A DNA stretch of 64,000 nucleotides, taken from NCBI RefSeq assembly GCF_006345805.1, contig NC_043005.1:8556001-8620000 (forward strand), written 5' to 3'. Of this stretch, positions 25,736 through 39,668 are shown one piece after another. How positions within the stretch are numbered: the first letter of the stretch is position 1; every line of letters begins with the position of its first letter. This stretch comes from Octopus sinensis (Eukaryota). The notes under the pieces are model-generated. The model was not told where the DNA came from and did no database searches. It saw nothing but the letters and a program-made list of their open reading frames with translations. The position numbers and the translations under genes are program-made.

Positions 25736-26796
25736 AACAAACATATAAGGGATCGCTATAATAGGACATCCGACTCACTTGGAAGAGCAGCTAAACTCCG
25801 CCGAAACTATGCATAGTCCAGAAACGAGAGGGTAAACGTTTTTATTTCTCTTTCCATTTCAGAATTACAACTATTAGTGGTTTGGAATTTAGCTGCTCTT
25901 TCTAGTGAGTCGGATGTCCTATTATAGCCATCCCTTATATGTTTGAATGCATATTATATAGTCTATTGACTATTTTTTCTATCTCACTTGACCGCTGGTA
26001 GCGGAGAATTTTTCTAGAATTTTTTGCTACCCTAAAATTTATTAATATATATATATATATTATCCTTCATTTCTGCTCAATCTTTTATTTCTGAACAGAA
26101 ATAAAAGGTTTCTACTCAAGCAAAATTAGCCTCTCCCATTTATAGAAAATAGCATACAATTAATTGGTTAAAATAAAAGCGGGATCGATGCAAGTAATCT
26201 CGGTGCGCAAGGAAAACTGTAACGCTTAATCTGCATGCGGATTGGTCAAAACCATATTCCAAAAATTCTGTTTGTTGGAGCCTTCTAAGACGTACAAAAA
26301 AAGGAGAAGTTGATCATTTTAATACATTTACCAAGAACTCAACTGTCTGTTAAATGCATTTTGAAATCTAATGATTACTACGAACGTATGAAAGCGCGAA
26401 TTGAACTTCATGAACAATTACAAAATATTATTTTTGTGTTTAACACACTTCAACATTGTAAAAAAAAGAAATTTATATTTCTTTTAAAATACCATAATAA
26501 AAAAATTTGTAAACCAGCCCGTTTTAACTTTATTCAGCTGATATATGTATGTACACACACACACGCACACGCACACAAACACATAGCTTTGTGTACATGT
26601 ATGTGTGTATATGTATATGCATGTGCATCTAAGTATACATGTATACATATGTATGTATATATATATATATATGTATACATATGTATACATATATATATAT
26701 ATATACACAAACATATATATATACTTATATACGTATATATGTACATATATGTACATACATACACACACACACACTCACAAACACTCACACACACTA

Positions 26797-26827
<31 letters not shown>

Positions 26828-27543
26828 GAGATAGATAGATACATAAATAGATAGATAGATAGAGAGAGAGAGAGAGAGGGGAGAAAAAGAGAGACAGAAT
26901 GTGATAATGATTATTTTCAGTAAACAAAAGAATTTCTTTTTAACAACAATTTTACTTTCGTTGTATTTCTCACTTTTTACTTGTGACCTGCAATTGGTAT
27001 TTTGACTCTCGTTCTGAGAGGAAGAACCGATTTGACTTTAAAATGTCATTGACCTGAGGCCAACTTTGAAAAGTATTATATCAGAAGTTCTGATTGCAAG
27101 AGAACTTTACTGTACTTTGGAATTAAGTAAATATGTAATATGTAAATTATTGTCTTTGCAGCATCATATTTGAAAGAGCGGGATTCCAGTACAGTTGCCT
27201 TGCTTTATTCTATGCAAAGAAATAGACGAAAACGCAGACACGTTAGATTACTTGTTAGTACCTTTCAGACTCAAGTCGAGAAACTGATATCTCTGCACAA
27301 AGTACATCTACCACATTACGAATTTTAAAACGACGTAGTTACAGGCCAAATGTAAATGTACTCTTTCATATTGTAAAAACTGCAAAATAATGAACTAAGC
27401 CGTTAAATTATATTTCTGAATTATAGTAGTTATGAATTTGCAGTCAAAAGAGGTTTATGTTTGTGCTGGTATACTATAGGGGGCGTTACGAGTGAGACTT
27501 GTGAGCCAAGGGTCGGCATTGCAAAAATATTTGGAAAACACTG
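25153..27543 (+). mobile_element. Internally deleted hAT (Charlie/Buster-like) transposon
   Basis: TIRs cagtgattcgcaaa / tttggaaaacactg; 8-bp TSD gtctagtg vs gtttactg (6/8, central TA); C-terminal remnant SYLKER... and QVEKLISLHKVHLPH at about 27160-27320. Confidence 0.7.
25738..25945. mobile_element. 62-bp-arm fold-back with a hammerhead 3' half in the loop
   Basis: Arms 25738-25799/25884-25945; loop begins gccGAAACTATGCATAGTC. Confidence 0.7.
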
Positions 27544-29618
27544 GTTTACTGTGTCGATATCTAAATTTAGTAATCCTTTTATTGGAGTGTTACATTCATA
27601 TGTACATGTAGTTTACGTCTAAAATGAATTCTTTATAACATGATTTTCTTGAAAGATTTGTATAGTAAAATCCATCGCATGTCACTCAGAAACCCATGAC
27701 GTAACGTTGCAGACGCATACGTCAAAGGTTAGACGGATTGCAATAAGGACATTTACGTCAATTATGATATATGTTTGCACTGGCCTATTCTATATTATTG
27801 TCATGAGTTCCATAATTTTTCTTCGCCCCACATTTCTGTGAACACTCAGTTCACTATATACCTTCTTCAGAGCTTTACAAAAACAAGCTACTTCCCTCCT
27901 ACTCATCATCAACATTTCTTCAGCTATCTACATTCCAGCTTTTAGAAAAATGATTCCAATGAAAGCATATAATACGAAAAATATTTGGCTTTCTAAATTC
28001 TTTCTCTTAATATCTGTAATCTGGAAAACTTTTTTTTCCTTCGGTTTCGTTGTACTATTATATCGCATTCACGGTGCCAGTATCTCTGTCTCTTGCCTAT
28101 GGTTTTTCTCACTCATTCTCCTTTTGTTTCTTTCTCTCCTCCTCTCATATTATGCGTATTGTTTTCAATAGTAATCCGTTTGCATTAAAAACTACAAACA
28201 GGAAAAACTGATAGTTTATGAAATTCTTAAAGCATATACCCTTCCCATGACTTTCAGAATTTTCCATAGCTGCATTCCAAAAATTTACCTTCCTTAACTT
28301 GTTACTGTTTCACACTCGTCTGATGAGATCAGTAGATACATATAGATTGCAGTTTCTCAAGAATCATTAAAACAAATAATTAAATAAATATTTATTCACG
28401 TCATCTTTACGTTTTGAGTCCCTCTGTTGATATTGGCTGCAAGTAATATTATATTTGGTTCAACGCGCCTGCGCACACACTTACTCACACACGTTTATAT
28501 GTATGCGTGCATCTCCCTGTACGTACGTAAGTACGTATGTATATATATATATGTATGTATGTATTTATATATGTATGTATATATGTACGTATGTAAAAAT
28601 AGAGAGTGAACGAATGAATGAGACAAGGGAAAAAGTAACCGGGGATTCAAACGTGCTTGTGAGTATATATGCATGTATGTTTAACATGTGCCTGCATACT
28701 GAAGCATATGCGTTGATCGTGTGTTTTACGTGTTTCTTTATGTGTTTTTGTTTATGCTAATGTGTGAGATTTCCTATACATATGCATATAAGCATGTAGG
28801 CAAGTGTGTGTGTCTATGTGTGTATGTCTATGTGTGTATTTTCGTCTGTGTTTTCAACAAATAAATAAAAACCATTCTGTCGAACTTAGTTATCGGCAGT
28901 AAATGGTTGATGGAGCAGAAAGTTTAGCTTTAGGGATAAATACTGTGGTGGTATGATGTGGTATTGGCTGTGGTGAGAGATGGCAAAAATAGAAATACAG
29001 CCGGCTGTAGTCGTGGCGGCTGCGGTGGTGAAAAGAAAAATAGGGTGATGGCGGTGGTGATTTGTAATGTTTGAGGTCATTGTATTGGCTGTGGTCGTAG
29101 TGGTGGTGGGATTTTGTGAAAATGAATGTGGTAGGAGATATCATGCTACGGTTGCTGGGTGGTGAAGAAATGTGGTGGGGTAAAAGTAATTGTGTACGTG
29201 AAGTTGTAAAATACAAAGCCAATACGATAGCGGTGTATACTGGCTGTAATCTATGGAGATCATTTTAGTAACGATGGGGAAGTTGTGGCTCTGATATTTT
29301 GAATATGATATGCATTGGTTAAGCTGTACTGTTAATGAATTTCATTGTGAATACAGAATACGGTGGTGCACCCTGCAAATCCATCTTCCTACGTTATAGC
29401 ATGCATCTGGTAAGGAGGAAAGTATACTGCACATTCAGCCATGTGGCGATACATAAGACGACGGTACAGTGTGACGGTTTGGATATGAATTCCCTACTGT
29501 ACAGTCTGTTTTTGCCATACTGTAAATCCTGGCAATGTGAACTCTGAAACCGCGTGTGTGCCGTTGGCGATTTTTTTCCCTCTCCGTCTTCCCTTCTCTG
29601 GATCTTTCCTTTTCCTAT

Positions 29619-29653
29619 GTTTCTGACGACGAGCTCCGCTCGAAACGTTAGAG
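29619..29653 (+). ncRNA. Minimal hammerhead ribozyme in a PLE-like pLTR (about 29530-29755)
   Basis: gttt-CTGACGA-c-GAGC-tcc-GCTC-GAAA-CG-TT-agag; region ends in (TA)n(TG)n. Confidence 0.65.
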
Positions 29654-29750
29654 TCTCTTTCTTCCCTTCCTTCCTGAGCGTCCAATAACACTATATTCGT
29701 TCCACGTCCTCGCTCTGTTGTGTTTTCTCTTTGTGTTTTCATGTTTGGAT

Positions 29751-29820
<70 letters not shown>

Positions 29821-30475
29821 TGTATAGTTTTCTCTAATTTAAGTATAATGCCGGAATGCATGTATTTAGGTGGATGTGATATTATTATAATATTAGCGAC
29901 ATCTGAATTCCAGGCGGTACTGAGTGCATTGAAGTCTCTTCAAAACTGGTGTTTTAGGAAAGTGTTACGGTGTTGTAGCATGCGAGTGTAACTTGGTGCC
30001 GCACGCACATGCACACGTACATACACACAATCTCACGCACAGGCACACACACATATGTGCATGTGCGTGAATATATGGGTCAACACACAAACACACACGC
30101 ACACACATGCAGGTACACACACACGCACGTATGCGCACGCATTTTTATTATGTTTGTTATATTCATGCACATAAAATAATCTGTTTTATTTGATGTAAGT
30201 ATAATTTAGAGTGCTGGAAGTTCTGTGTTGAGACAGCAAATAATCATTCCTGAATCACTTCTATCTGATTGCCATATGGTATAAAATGTTCTAATTAATT
30301 TGTTTTAAAGGTGTTAATGAAGCACTGCTCCATTTTCAAAAAAAAAAAAAAGTCATATATAAAGATAGTTTTTAAAGATATTTTATGTAAGGTTAAATAT
30401 ATAAGCATTTATTTATGTACCGAATACGGATATTGGGAACAGAGGTCCTTGTAGTGGTAGTCTGCCTTGTTGTGG

Positions 30476-30616
30476 GGTCGACTTTGCCTTTCATCCTTTC
30501 GGGGTCGATTGAATAAGTACCAGTTAATCACTGGGGCCGATGTAATCGACTTAGTCCCTTTGTCTGTCTTTGTTTGTCCCCTCTATGTTTAGCCCCCTGT
30601 GGGCAAAAAGAAATAA
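30476..30616 (+). mobile_element. 5'-truncated third-family SINE
   Basis: gtcgactttgcctttcatcctttcggggtcgat...aaagaaata. Confidence 0.85.
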
Positions 30617-31624
30617 ATTATAGTCTTAGGGGTGTTGCCTTTCGTAGTACTGTAAGGTGATAGTGGGGGTTTAATGTAAGAAGGTGGTGGAGTTGGGATG
30701 TTTTTGTCTTATTTACATAGCAGTAGGATGGTGAGTGGTGTATGTCCAAGAGTGATGGCAAGCTGAACATAGAGGAAAGGGACAGATGCTAGAATTAGAT
30801 GGAAAGAAATATAGTGTGGCAGAAAAATGTTGAGTGAGTAAGTGACAGAGGGAGAGAGAGATATTTAGACAGGCTTAGGCAGAATACGATGAGATGAAGA
30901 TCGTTAAATCTTAGGAGAAATTATGAAAAATGAGTGAATTGAGGGGGTACAATAGAAACAAATCAAATATAACCCAGTAAGTGACAAGGACCTGTATTCT
31001 TGGAGTGATGTGTTAGAATTGTTAGAAAGTTTGAAAAAATGTTTTGTCGCATTTTTTCCGTCACTTTACGTTCTGCACTCAAGTTCCTAATCTTTCATCC
31101 TTTTGGGTCAAAGAAGTTAAACTTCCGGTCAAGTACAGGAGCCGATGATTTCGACTAACCCCTGCTGACCTTGCGCCAATTGAAAACCATTATTATTGAA
31201 GTAGCTGTTGTTTGACATTTTGCAACAAATGCAACCCAATCGAGGAATGCAATCGTATCAGTTTTCATCGATTCCTGAGCCAAAGTTGACACAAAGTAAT
31301 ATGTATTGGGTCCAAACACAATACGGCATTCCTTTATCAGATGGTAGACAATTTGACTGGTAATTTTAGACGATCGAGTGGTGGGAAGAGACCATCTCAT
31401 TGGGTTTTGTTGATGTTTATCGTGTTCGTTCTCGTAAACGTCATGGAAATTCTCTTAAAATGTGGATATCGCGAAAGCTTCAATCTTCTCTTGAAATAAC
31501 TCTGCTTCACTGAATGCCTATGATACTCTCTAGACGTTCTTTAGACAAAACATAGAATGAAATATTTTCTACCACTTTTAAGATGATAGGGTCGTATTTA
31601 AAAGAGGTTCGGCTTCTATTTCTT

Positions 31625-31853
31625 ATTTCTTTACTGTCCACAAGTGGCTCCACACAGAGGGGACAAACAAGGACAGACAAACGGATTAAGTCGATTATAT
31701 GGACCCCAGTTCCTAACTGGTACTCATTTAATCGACCCCGAAAGGATGAAAGGTAAAGTCGACCTCGGCGGAATTTGAACTCAGAACGTAAAGACAGACG
31801 AAATACTGCTAAGCATTTCGCCCAGCGTGCTAGCGATTCTGCCACCTCGCTGC
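31625..31853 (-). mobile_element. Full-length third-family SINE with 16-bp TSD
   Basis: TSD tcggcttctatttctt at 31609-31624 and 31854-31869. Confidence 0.92.
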
Positions 31854-33361
31854 TCGGCTTCTATTTCTTGTAGAGTATGTAGAGATATCCGTGTCGCTGT
31901 CGTTGCTTACTCCTAGGTCAGCTATTGTTGACCAGAGATACAGGGGGAAATTTCAGCTGAATATATGGGTTAATACAGAGTGACTTTAGATAATGGAGCC
32001 TCTACTTGCTCGCTTGACCTGCCATATATACCTGTAAAATCTCTCTCAAACCACACCCTACTATGTTTTTCCAAATACGAAGGATTAATAGTATCAGAGA
32101 AAAGCCACAACAATTCTAATTTTTAAAAGGTGGGATATTCTAGGTTTGCTAATTCAAGAATGAGTTGCGATTAAACTATAACAATAGCAACTGGGGCGTA
32201 CAGTACAACGAATCGCTGTATCATTCTCGAAAACAGCTTAAGTGTTTCGACGTCTGTAGGTTCACAATTTACATATGAAATGTTTTACTATATCACAGTG
32301 AAAACGTTTTGAAAAGAAAACGAAAAAGCAGTGGTGAATCATATCATTTACTTTTATTTGGCTTCACTGGAAAGAAAAATAGTCTTGATTATTCGTTTCT
32401 TCAAGAATTTAATGTAGCATCAGTAACGTTTTTTTTTATATATATTTGTTTTTATATATATTAAATAGAGAAATGATTATAAAACAAAATTATACATAAA
32501 TACATATGAAATTCTTTGTAAATCGTAAATCCTACATTAGTATTTCTACAAATACATAAAGAATGACTGTCTGTTTCTCATAGTACATGTTTATCTCAGA
32601 AATACCAGTACAATTTGTAGTTAGTGTTGTTCTCGTTGTTTCCACATGCAACTCTCAGGCAAATCTTCATTAGTCATACCTATTGTCAAAAGTATGTCGA
32701 CCATCGACAGACTGTTTGATGAAGCATATGAAGAATAATATTATCAAGTTCGAGTTAGATTTGGCTGCTATTTCGACATTTATAAGACCCGTCATTGACA
32801 TGTTTTCTATTCAAAGACATAATTACACATTTCTACGGTGATGATTGCTGTAATCAGAAACATTCTCAATGAATGTGGGTTGTAGGGACGAACATGGTTG
32901 TGTGGATCAGAAATGCACTTTGTAACTACACGATGCCAGTTCGATTACACACGAAGGCAGTTTAAGCGTCTTTTCATATAACCAAGGAATGCAGTGTAAA
33001 TAACGGACAGAGTCAAGACTATTGAAAAGGTTGCAAGACGCAACGAAAATTTTAGAAAATAAAAATAAGAAATAAGTGGAAATTTTACCGGTGAGGGTGT
33101 TAAATAATAAGACACAAAAAGAGAATGACTCTCCCCTGACGCAACAGAATATAACCGCCATTTTATCAATACTCTGTGAGTGAGATTTTAATTTAGTTTC
33201 AGGTAAATTGTGCAGAAGTTGCTTGTAAGTACACTCATATGTACACTTCTACCTACCCACACACCCCTGTATATATATATCTGTATATGTATGTGCATGT
33301 CTGTTTATGTATATGCACATAGATATATATGCGTGTATATGCGTGAGTCTCTATCTGTGTG

Positions 33362-33399
<38 letters not shown>

Positions 33400-33435
<36 letters not shown>

Positions 33436-33793
33436 GTGTGTGTGTGGTGTGTGTGTGTGTGGCTGTCTGTGTGCCTCTTTACCGAAAGAATGAAACAATT
33501 CTTGATTTAACAGAAGCCATATAAATGCATAAATACATGAAATAAAGTGTAAGTTTTACGCATTTCTCGGAGGTCAGATTATATATAAATATATATATAA
33601 GCGTAGGAGTGGTTGTAGAGTAAGTAGATTGCTTACCAACCACATGGTTCCGGGTTCAGTCCCACTGCGTGGCACTTTGGGCAAGTGTCTTCTACTATAG
33701 CCTCGGGCCGACCAGAGCCTTGTGAGTGGATTTGGTAGACGGAAACTGAAAGAATCTCGTTGTATATATGTATATAAGCATATATATATATAT

Positions 33794-33840
<47 letters not shown>

Positions 33841-34190
33841 TGTGTGTGTGGCTGTCTGTGTGCCTCTTTACCGAAAGAATGAAACAATTCTTGATTTAAC
33901 AGAAGCCATATAAATGCATAAATACATGAAATAAAGTGTAAGTTTTACGCATTTCTCGGAGGTCAGATTATATATAAATATATATATAAGCGTAGGAGTG
34001 GTTGTAGAGTAAGTAGCTTGCTTACCAACCACATGGTTCCGGGTTCAGTCCCACTGCGTGGCACTTTGGGCAAGTGTCTTCTACTATAGCCTCGGGCCGA
34101 CCAGAGCCTTGTGAGTGGATTTGGTAGACGGAAACTGAAAGAATCTCGTTGTATATATGTATATAAGCATATATATATATATATGTGTGT
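33400..34190 (+). repeat. 389-bp tandem duplication that includes a SINE head
   Basis: ggctgtctgt at 33461 and 33850; SINE head at 33601 and 33990; one visible substitution (gtagattg/gtagcttg). Confidence 0.92.
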
Positions 34191-34452
34191 GTGTGGTGTG
34201 TGTGTGTGTGTGTGTGTGGTGTGTGTGTGGTGTGTGTGTGTGTTTCTGTGTCTGTGTCTGTCCCACCAACATCGCTTGACAACTGATTCTGGTGTGTTTA
34301 TGTCCCCGTAACTTAGCGGTTCGGCAAAAGATAGCGATAGAATAAGTACTAGGCTTACAAAGAATACGTCCTGTGGTTGATTTGGTCGACTAAAGGCGGT
34401 ACTCCAGCATGACCATAGTCAAATGACTGAAACAAGTAAAAGAATAAAAGAG
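33990..34452 (+). mobile_element. Full-length tRNA/CORE-type SINE with internal (TA)n(TG)n
   Basis: Head, microsatellite and tail ending gactgaaacaagtaaaagaataaaag. Confidence 0.92.
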
Positions 34453-34734
34453 TATATGTAGTATAATGTTTAATAATATTGTGATCCAGACCCTTGCAAC
34501 TAAAACCTAACATATGCAGCTTGTTGAAAAGGAGTCCAAGATCCCTTCTGGGTATCTCGCTGATGTTAGTGTACACAGATCACATGGTGTTATCAATTTG
34601 GTAGCGACATCAATTCCTGTTCGGAATTCCTAAGAGTACATTCCAGTACAGGATGATGGAAGCGGCAGTCTATCTAAGGAGTGTCGGTCTGTTTACAAGG
34701 GACAAAATTTCACTGATGAGTGTGTGCGTTTGTT

Positions 34735-34776
<42 letters not shown>

Positions 34777-34780
34777 TCAT

Positions 34781-35310
34781 TTAAGGGAATAAAATCCAAA
34801 CTTACAAGGAAAAAGAATTTCAATTTAGAAATACTAAATCAAATTACACACAATATAATATATATATAAGATATTAGAAAAAAAACACCTTTTCTCAATT
34901 CAAAATGAATAATTAAATTACACTATCTAGAAAATTACATATAATAGAAAAGTTAAAATTAAAATAACAATAATATTTAAAGATTAAGTAAATTACAAAA
35001 TTAATAAAAATGCAAATAATAGGTAGAAAATCGACACATGTTTCGCTAAGTTCAGTAAAAATTTAGATTTAGATGAAAGTGGTACTTAAGTTGAAGGCAT
35101 CAGAATTTAGTATGGTATTGTCCATACAATTTGAAATAAGGTGATTATAATAAAAATAGAAAACAGGGATATCCAGAGGTAATGTAGCACGATCGTTTCA
35201 TGCGACTCCATTTAATTGAACAATGTAAAAGTTGATGTAATGTCTGCATTGTTCAATTAAATGGAGTCATATGAAACGATCGTACTGCTTTACCTCTGGA
35301 TATCCTTGTT
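34781..35310. mobile_element. PLE-like terminus with a 64-bp-arm hairpin
   Basis: Starts ttaagggaataaaatccaaacttacaagg, like 14997; hairpin 35162-35310 contains GAAACGATCGTA. Confidence 0.75.
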
Positions 35311-35689
35311 GCTTATTTTGATTATATATATATATATATGTGCATATGTGAGTGTGTGTGTACCTGTCATCTGCGGATGTGAATCATTTATGTTTTTCTG
35401 GTATTCGTAAATGAATGTGTGCATATGTATAATCTTGTGTGTGTATGTAGATATATGTCGGTATGTATGTGCATGCATATATTATTATCCTCGGTGTTAG
35501 TGTGTGCATATATGAGTCTGGTGTGTGCATTTGCTGATATATTGCTCTTCTGTGTTTGCGATCAATTAGCTTCATCACCAACTTGGAGGGCGTAACCAGG
35601 TTTCTCGTTGAGTCAAATTTAGGTGGTGCCAAAGAAGATATATGATGCTGAGTGACCTCTATGTATATATTTACTCTTAGCTCTTAGAT

Positions 35690-36000
35690 CCTCCAATCAC
35701 AGTTCGCACAAATATACAACGACACCTCTCCATACATCCCGATTACTTGCCTTCCTTCTAACTCCATTTAGGTCAATTCCCATAGTTATAACGTTCCGCA
35801 ACGTACTGTCCAGATTATCCTTGATCTTTCAGTATTTTCCCTCCTTCCAGCGTCCACTCCATCACGGTAGTTGCTTATGAGTCTCCTGCGACGATCGAAG
35901 CAAATGTCCAGTAACCGTATCCGCTGCTTAATCATACATCCCTCTTGAGATGACATACACTCGCTTCTTTTCTCTTAGGGATATCTTGGTTTATTCTCAT
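35690..36000 (-). pseudogene. RTE-like LINE C-terminal remnant
   Basis: IKQRIRLL...SRIIWDSTLRNVITMGIDLNGVRRKASNRDVWRGVV resembles the W.D...A.DR..WR end of RTE ORFs. Confidence 0.5.
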
Positions 36001-36544
36001 TGTTTTTGTAGCAGGTGAATACTTTTACAGGGAGGAGTTGCTAACGGGAGGGAGTTTCCGCGGCTAGGGATCCTACTCCATTCTCCTTTCGACGTGGGGG
36101 GACCTCACTTGTGACAAAATGATGGTATTGGTGATTAAAAACTCGGGCAGGTTTTTCTTTAGCACCACTTATAGAATTTACAAAATTATGCCCACTACTG
36201 TTGAGGAGGTTAGCAAGACTTTTACGTTCAATCTGGAAGAATCGGGAACCTTGGATCTGGGCACTTGCTGAGTGTTGTTTTACCGAGAATAACAAACAAA
36301 CCTTGATCAGTTTTCTAGAAAGATATTTTGGGCCATCATATACAAAACATTAAGATCATATCTCCTGGTCAACGAGTGAATCGATACAAGTGTCCAAAAA
36401 GAGAAGGTCTCAGGCTGCTCTGGATGCCTTGAACACACATCAATGAACAGCCACGATAAGTACTGTGTTGACGCGTATTACCTTTCCGCTTTTTGACTTT
36501 CCGAGGATGCCAGCTGTTAACTTATTTTGCCTTTGCAATCCCAG

Positions 36545-36586
<42 letters not shown>

Positions 36587-37978
36587 TCATCCGAAGTGAT
36601 TCTGGCTTGTGAAGCTGGTGCAGGTTTCTTTGTAAATCCCAGCTAAGTTGGTTTAAAGCCACTTTTCTTTCATTCACAATTTCATTTTTCCCTTTTTTTC
36701 CTTTCGTCTTAGCACTTTTTTGACTCCTGCTATGCCGAAGACGCTGACATATAGTTAGATAACTGGCTGAGGGCAGTTGATAAAAGCAAAGAGCTTGGAA
36801 TTTTCAAGGTCTGGTGCTTCCAGTGTGGTATCATACCCAGAAAATATATCTCATGCAGATTCTATAATTAGCATTTCACTAACATATAAATATAACTATG
36901 AGAAAAAATAAACGTTATTGAAAGTATATAAAAGAAAATACGAATGTTAAGAAGAAAATTCGGGGCCACTACACATACACACATACACATACACACCAAC
37001 ATGTATGTATATATGCATCCTTACATATATATCTACATACATATACGCACAACTATATATTCACATACACATACACACTTACACATATATGCATATATAT
37101 ATATAATTTATTATTAGTCACTGACAGAAATGCTTATTTCTGTTTAAGCAGTCATTGAGCTGAGGGATATTATTGAAAGAACTTCTCAACCAACGTCATA
37201 CTTGTCTGCGAGAAGTATCTCCACTCCAAACTAAGATAACCGAAACCAGCTCACTGACGTGACTTCCAATCGATGCCTTTATCTCTTAGACGAAAAATGC
37301 TCATTAGAAGAATATTGAAAAAGTCATATTTATTTATGTTTTTCAATATTTATTAGGCAAGAAAAGGCTGTTTTATGTCAATTATATTTAATGTTTTGCA
37401 GGGGTAAAGACGGCGGAATTTATACAGGACACACAATCAATAAACAAAGAGAGAATAATGGAAATGCATAAATAAAAAATAATAAAGTTAGAATATAACC
37501 GTACAAGAGGAATGAAATATTGTAATTTTGAGAGGAGCATGGATTTTGGAAAAATTCTTTTGGCAAATTTAAGATCCAAATGGAGAAAATGTTAGCAATA
37601 TCGAAATAATGATTTATGTGATATCATATAAAGCATAAATAAAAAATCACAAGAGGAAAAAGAGAAGCAGAAATGGAAGAAAAACTTTAAAAAAAGAATA
37701 TTTGAAGAGCAGCAGCTAGAAGTGGTGGAGGCAGAAGTAGAAAAAAAAATTACCAGAAGCAGAATTCACAAGAACAAACTGCAAGAATAAAAATTACAAG
37801 TAGACAAATATCAAGAACCAAACGAAAAAAAAAATGGTCTTCTGCATTTCTAGTTCTCATGAATGGAATTATCAAACCAGAAAACAAAACTATATGTATG
37901 TTCATTCATCCACACACACACACACAAACACACACACATACATATATATATTATATATATATATATATTATATATAAT

Positions 37979-38022
<44 letters not shown>

Positions 38023-38267
38023 TACATATATATAATATATATATACATATTATGCATATATACACCACATGCACACAAACCCAATTATATATGTATATGT
38101 GTGTGTGTGTGTGCATATATATATATATATTTATGCATATAAATACATTTATATACGCATGCACACAAACAAGGTAATATATGTGTATATATGTATGTAT
38201 GTGCGTGAAGATATGTATAAATGTGTGTATATATAAATATATTTATACACGCGCGCACACAGTGAGC

Positions 38268-38320
<53 letters not shown>

Positions 38321-39620
38321 TCTCTCTCTCTCTCTCTGTATGCATATATGTATGTATATATGTTATCTATCTATCTATATATGTGAGTGTGTGTATGTGT
38401 GTACAAATATATATATATATATATATACAGTAACAATAAAGGGTGAAATTAATTAATTTGGAATAATTATCAATTACACCAAGTAGATTTCGGCATGTAA
38501 AAGCCCCATTCGAGGAAAATTTAAGTAATACTAAGTAATTAAGGGTTTAGCAACGAATTGCCTCACCAACACACCGAATTTAGAAATAGCAGTCAAAGAG
38601 ATATAGCTATTCCTTCTACTAAAAGGGGGATCTCAGTAAAAACACAGCACTTGAAAGGCAAACACAGACAGGTATATACATATATTTGTGTGTGTGTGTG
38701 TTTCTCTGTGTGTGTTTCTGTGTGTGAGTTTGTGTGTGTCTGTCTGTGTGTCTGTCTGTGTGTGTGTAAATATATAAAAGAATATAATCTCAATGGCAGA
38801 GAATTTTCTTCCTAGCTTTATTATTTTCTTCTATACTTACGATATTTATCTTTCTTATAACATATTCTTTTTCTTACACTCACATACACACACAGAGTTA
38901 CATAGTGTTATTGGATTAGTTTTGGTGATTCGCTTTTGAAATTGTTTGTTTTTCATTCCTTTTAGTTTCCTTCAGTCTTTGTGAATGTCTCTAAATATAG
39001 TAACATTCGTTCTTTTTCATTCTAAGTGCATTGTGTTATCTGACAGAAGGACGTAACACGTTTTGTTTTTTTATTTTTAATTTCTTCTCGTCTAATTTCT
39101 ATGCGTTCATTTTTGCTTCTCTTTTCTAAAGTAGAAATGATTTCGTCTTCTTCTATTTATACGTTGTTTGCTTTATTTTATTACCTTGTCTACCAAAATG
39201 ATATGATAGCATTGAACTTATCAACTTTAACTTCGATAGAAATGAGTTTATCCCTGACGATAGGTGAAAGAGTTACATGAGTAAATTGTTGCCCTTCATA
39301 AACGCAACGATTTAGCCATTAGTGTATCTGATGCTTGGGGAGTGTATTATAGATATAGCAATATGTAGTTTCTCAGTCAAGGAATACTAAATATGGTCGC
39401 TGGATCTCATTAGGAATGAAAGATGCTGTTGGAAAAGAGAAAAGAAGAAAATATTTCACGCATTTAGACATCACGTGGGTACTATCACTAAAATTTACAC
39501 CAAGTCCCAGTATGTGTGTACGTACGTATGTATGTATTACGTATGTATATATGTGTGTATATATGTGTGTATATTTATGTGTATGTATATACATAACTAC
39601 CCACACAACACGACATATAT

Positions 39621-39668
<48 letters not shown>

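Noticed and set aside
31205-31359. Protein-like frame LLFDILQQMQPNRG...DGRQFD with a GTAATT donor
   Set aside because: Poor acceptor, no motif and no partner exons
36041-36540. Possible LINE 5'/endonuclease remnant
   Set aside because: No diagnostic motif could be read
38480-38520. GGC...GCC-GAAA on the minus strand in a PLE-like end
   Set aside because: The CTGANGA half is not recognisable
39248-39280. CTGACGA...GAAA hammerhead-like string
   Set aside because: No credible stem I, II or III
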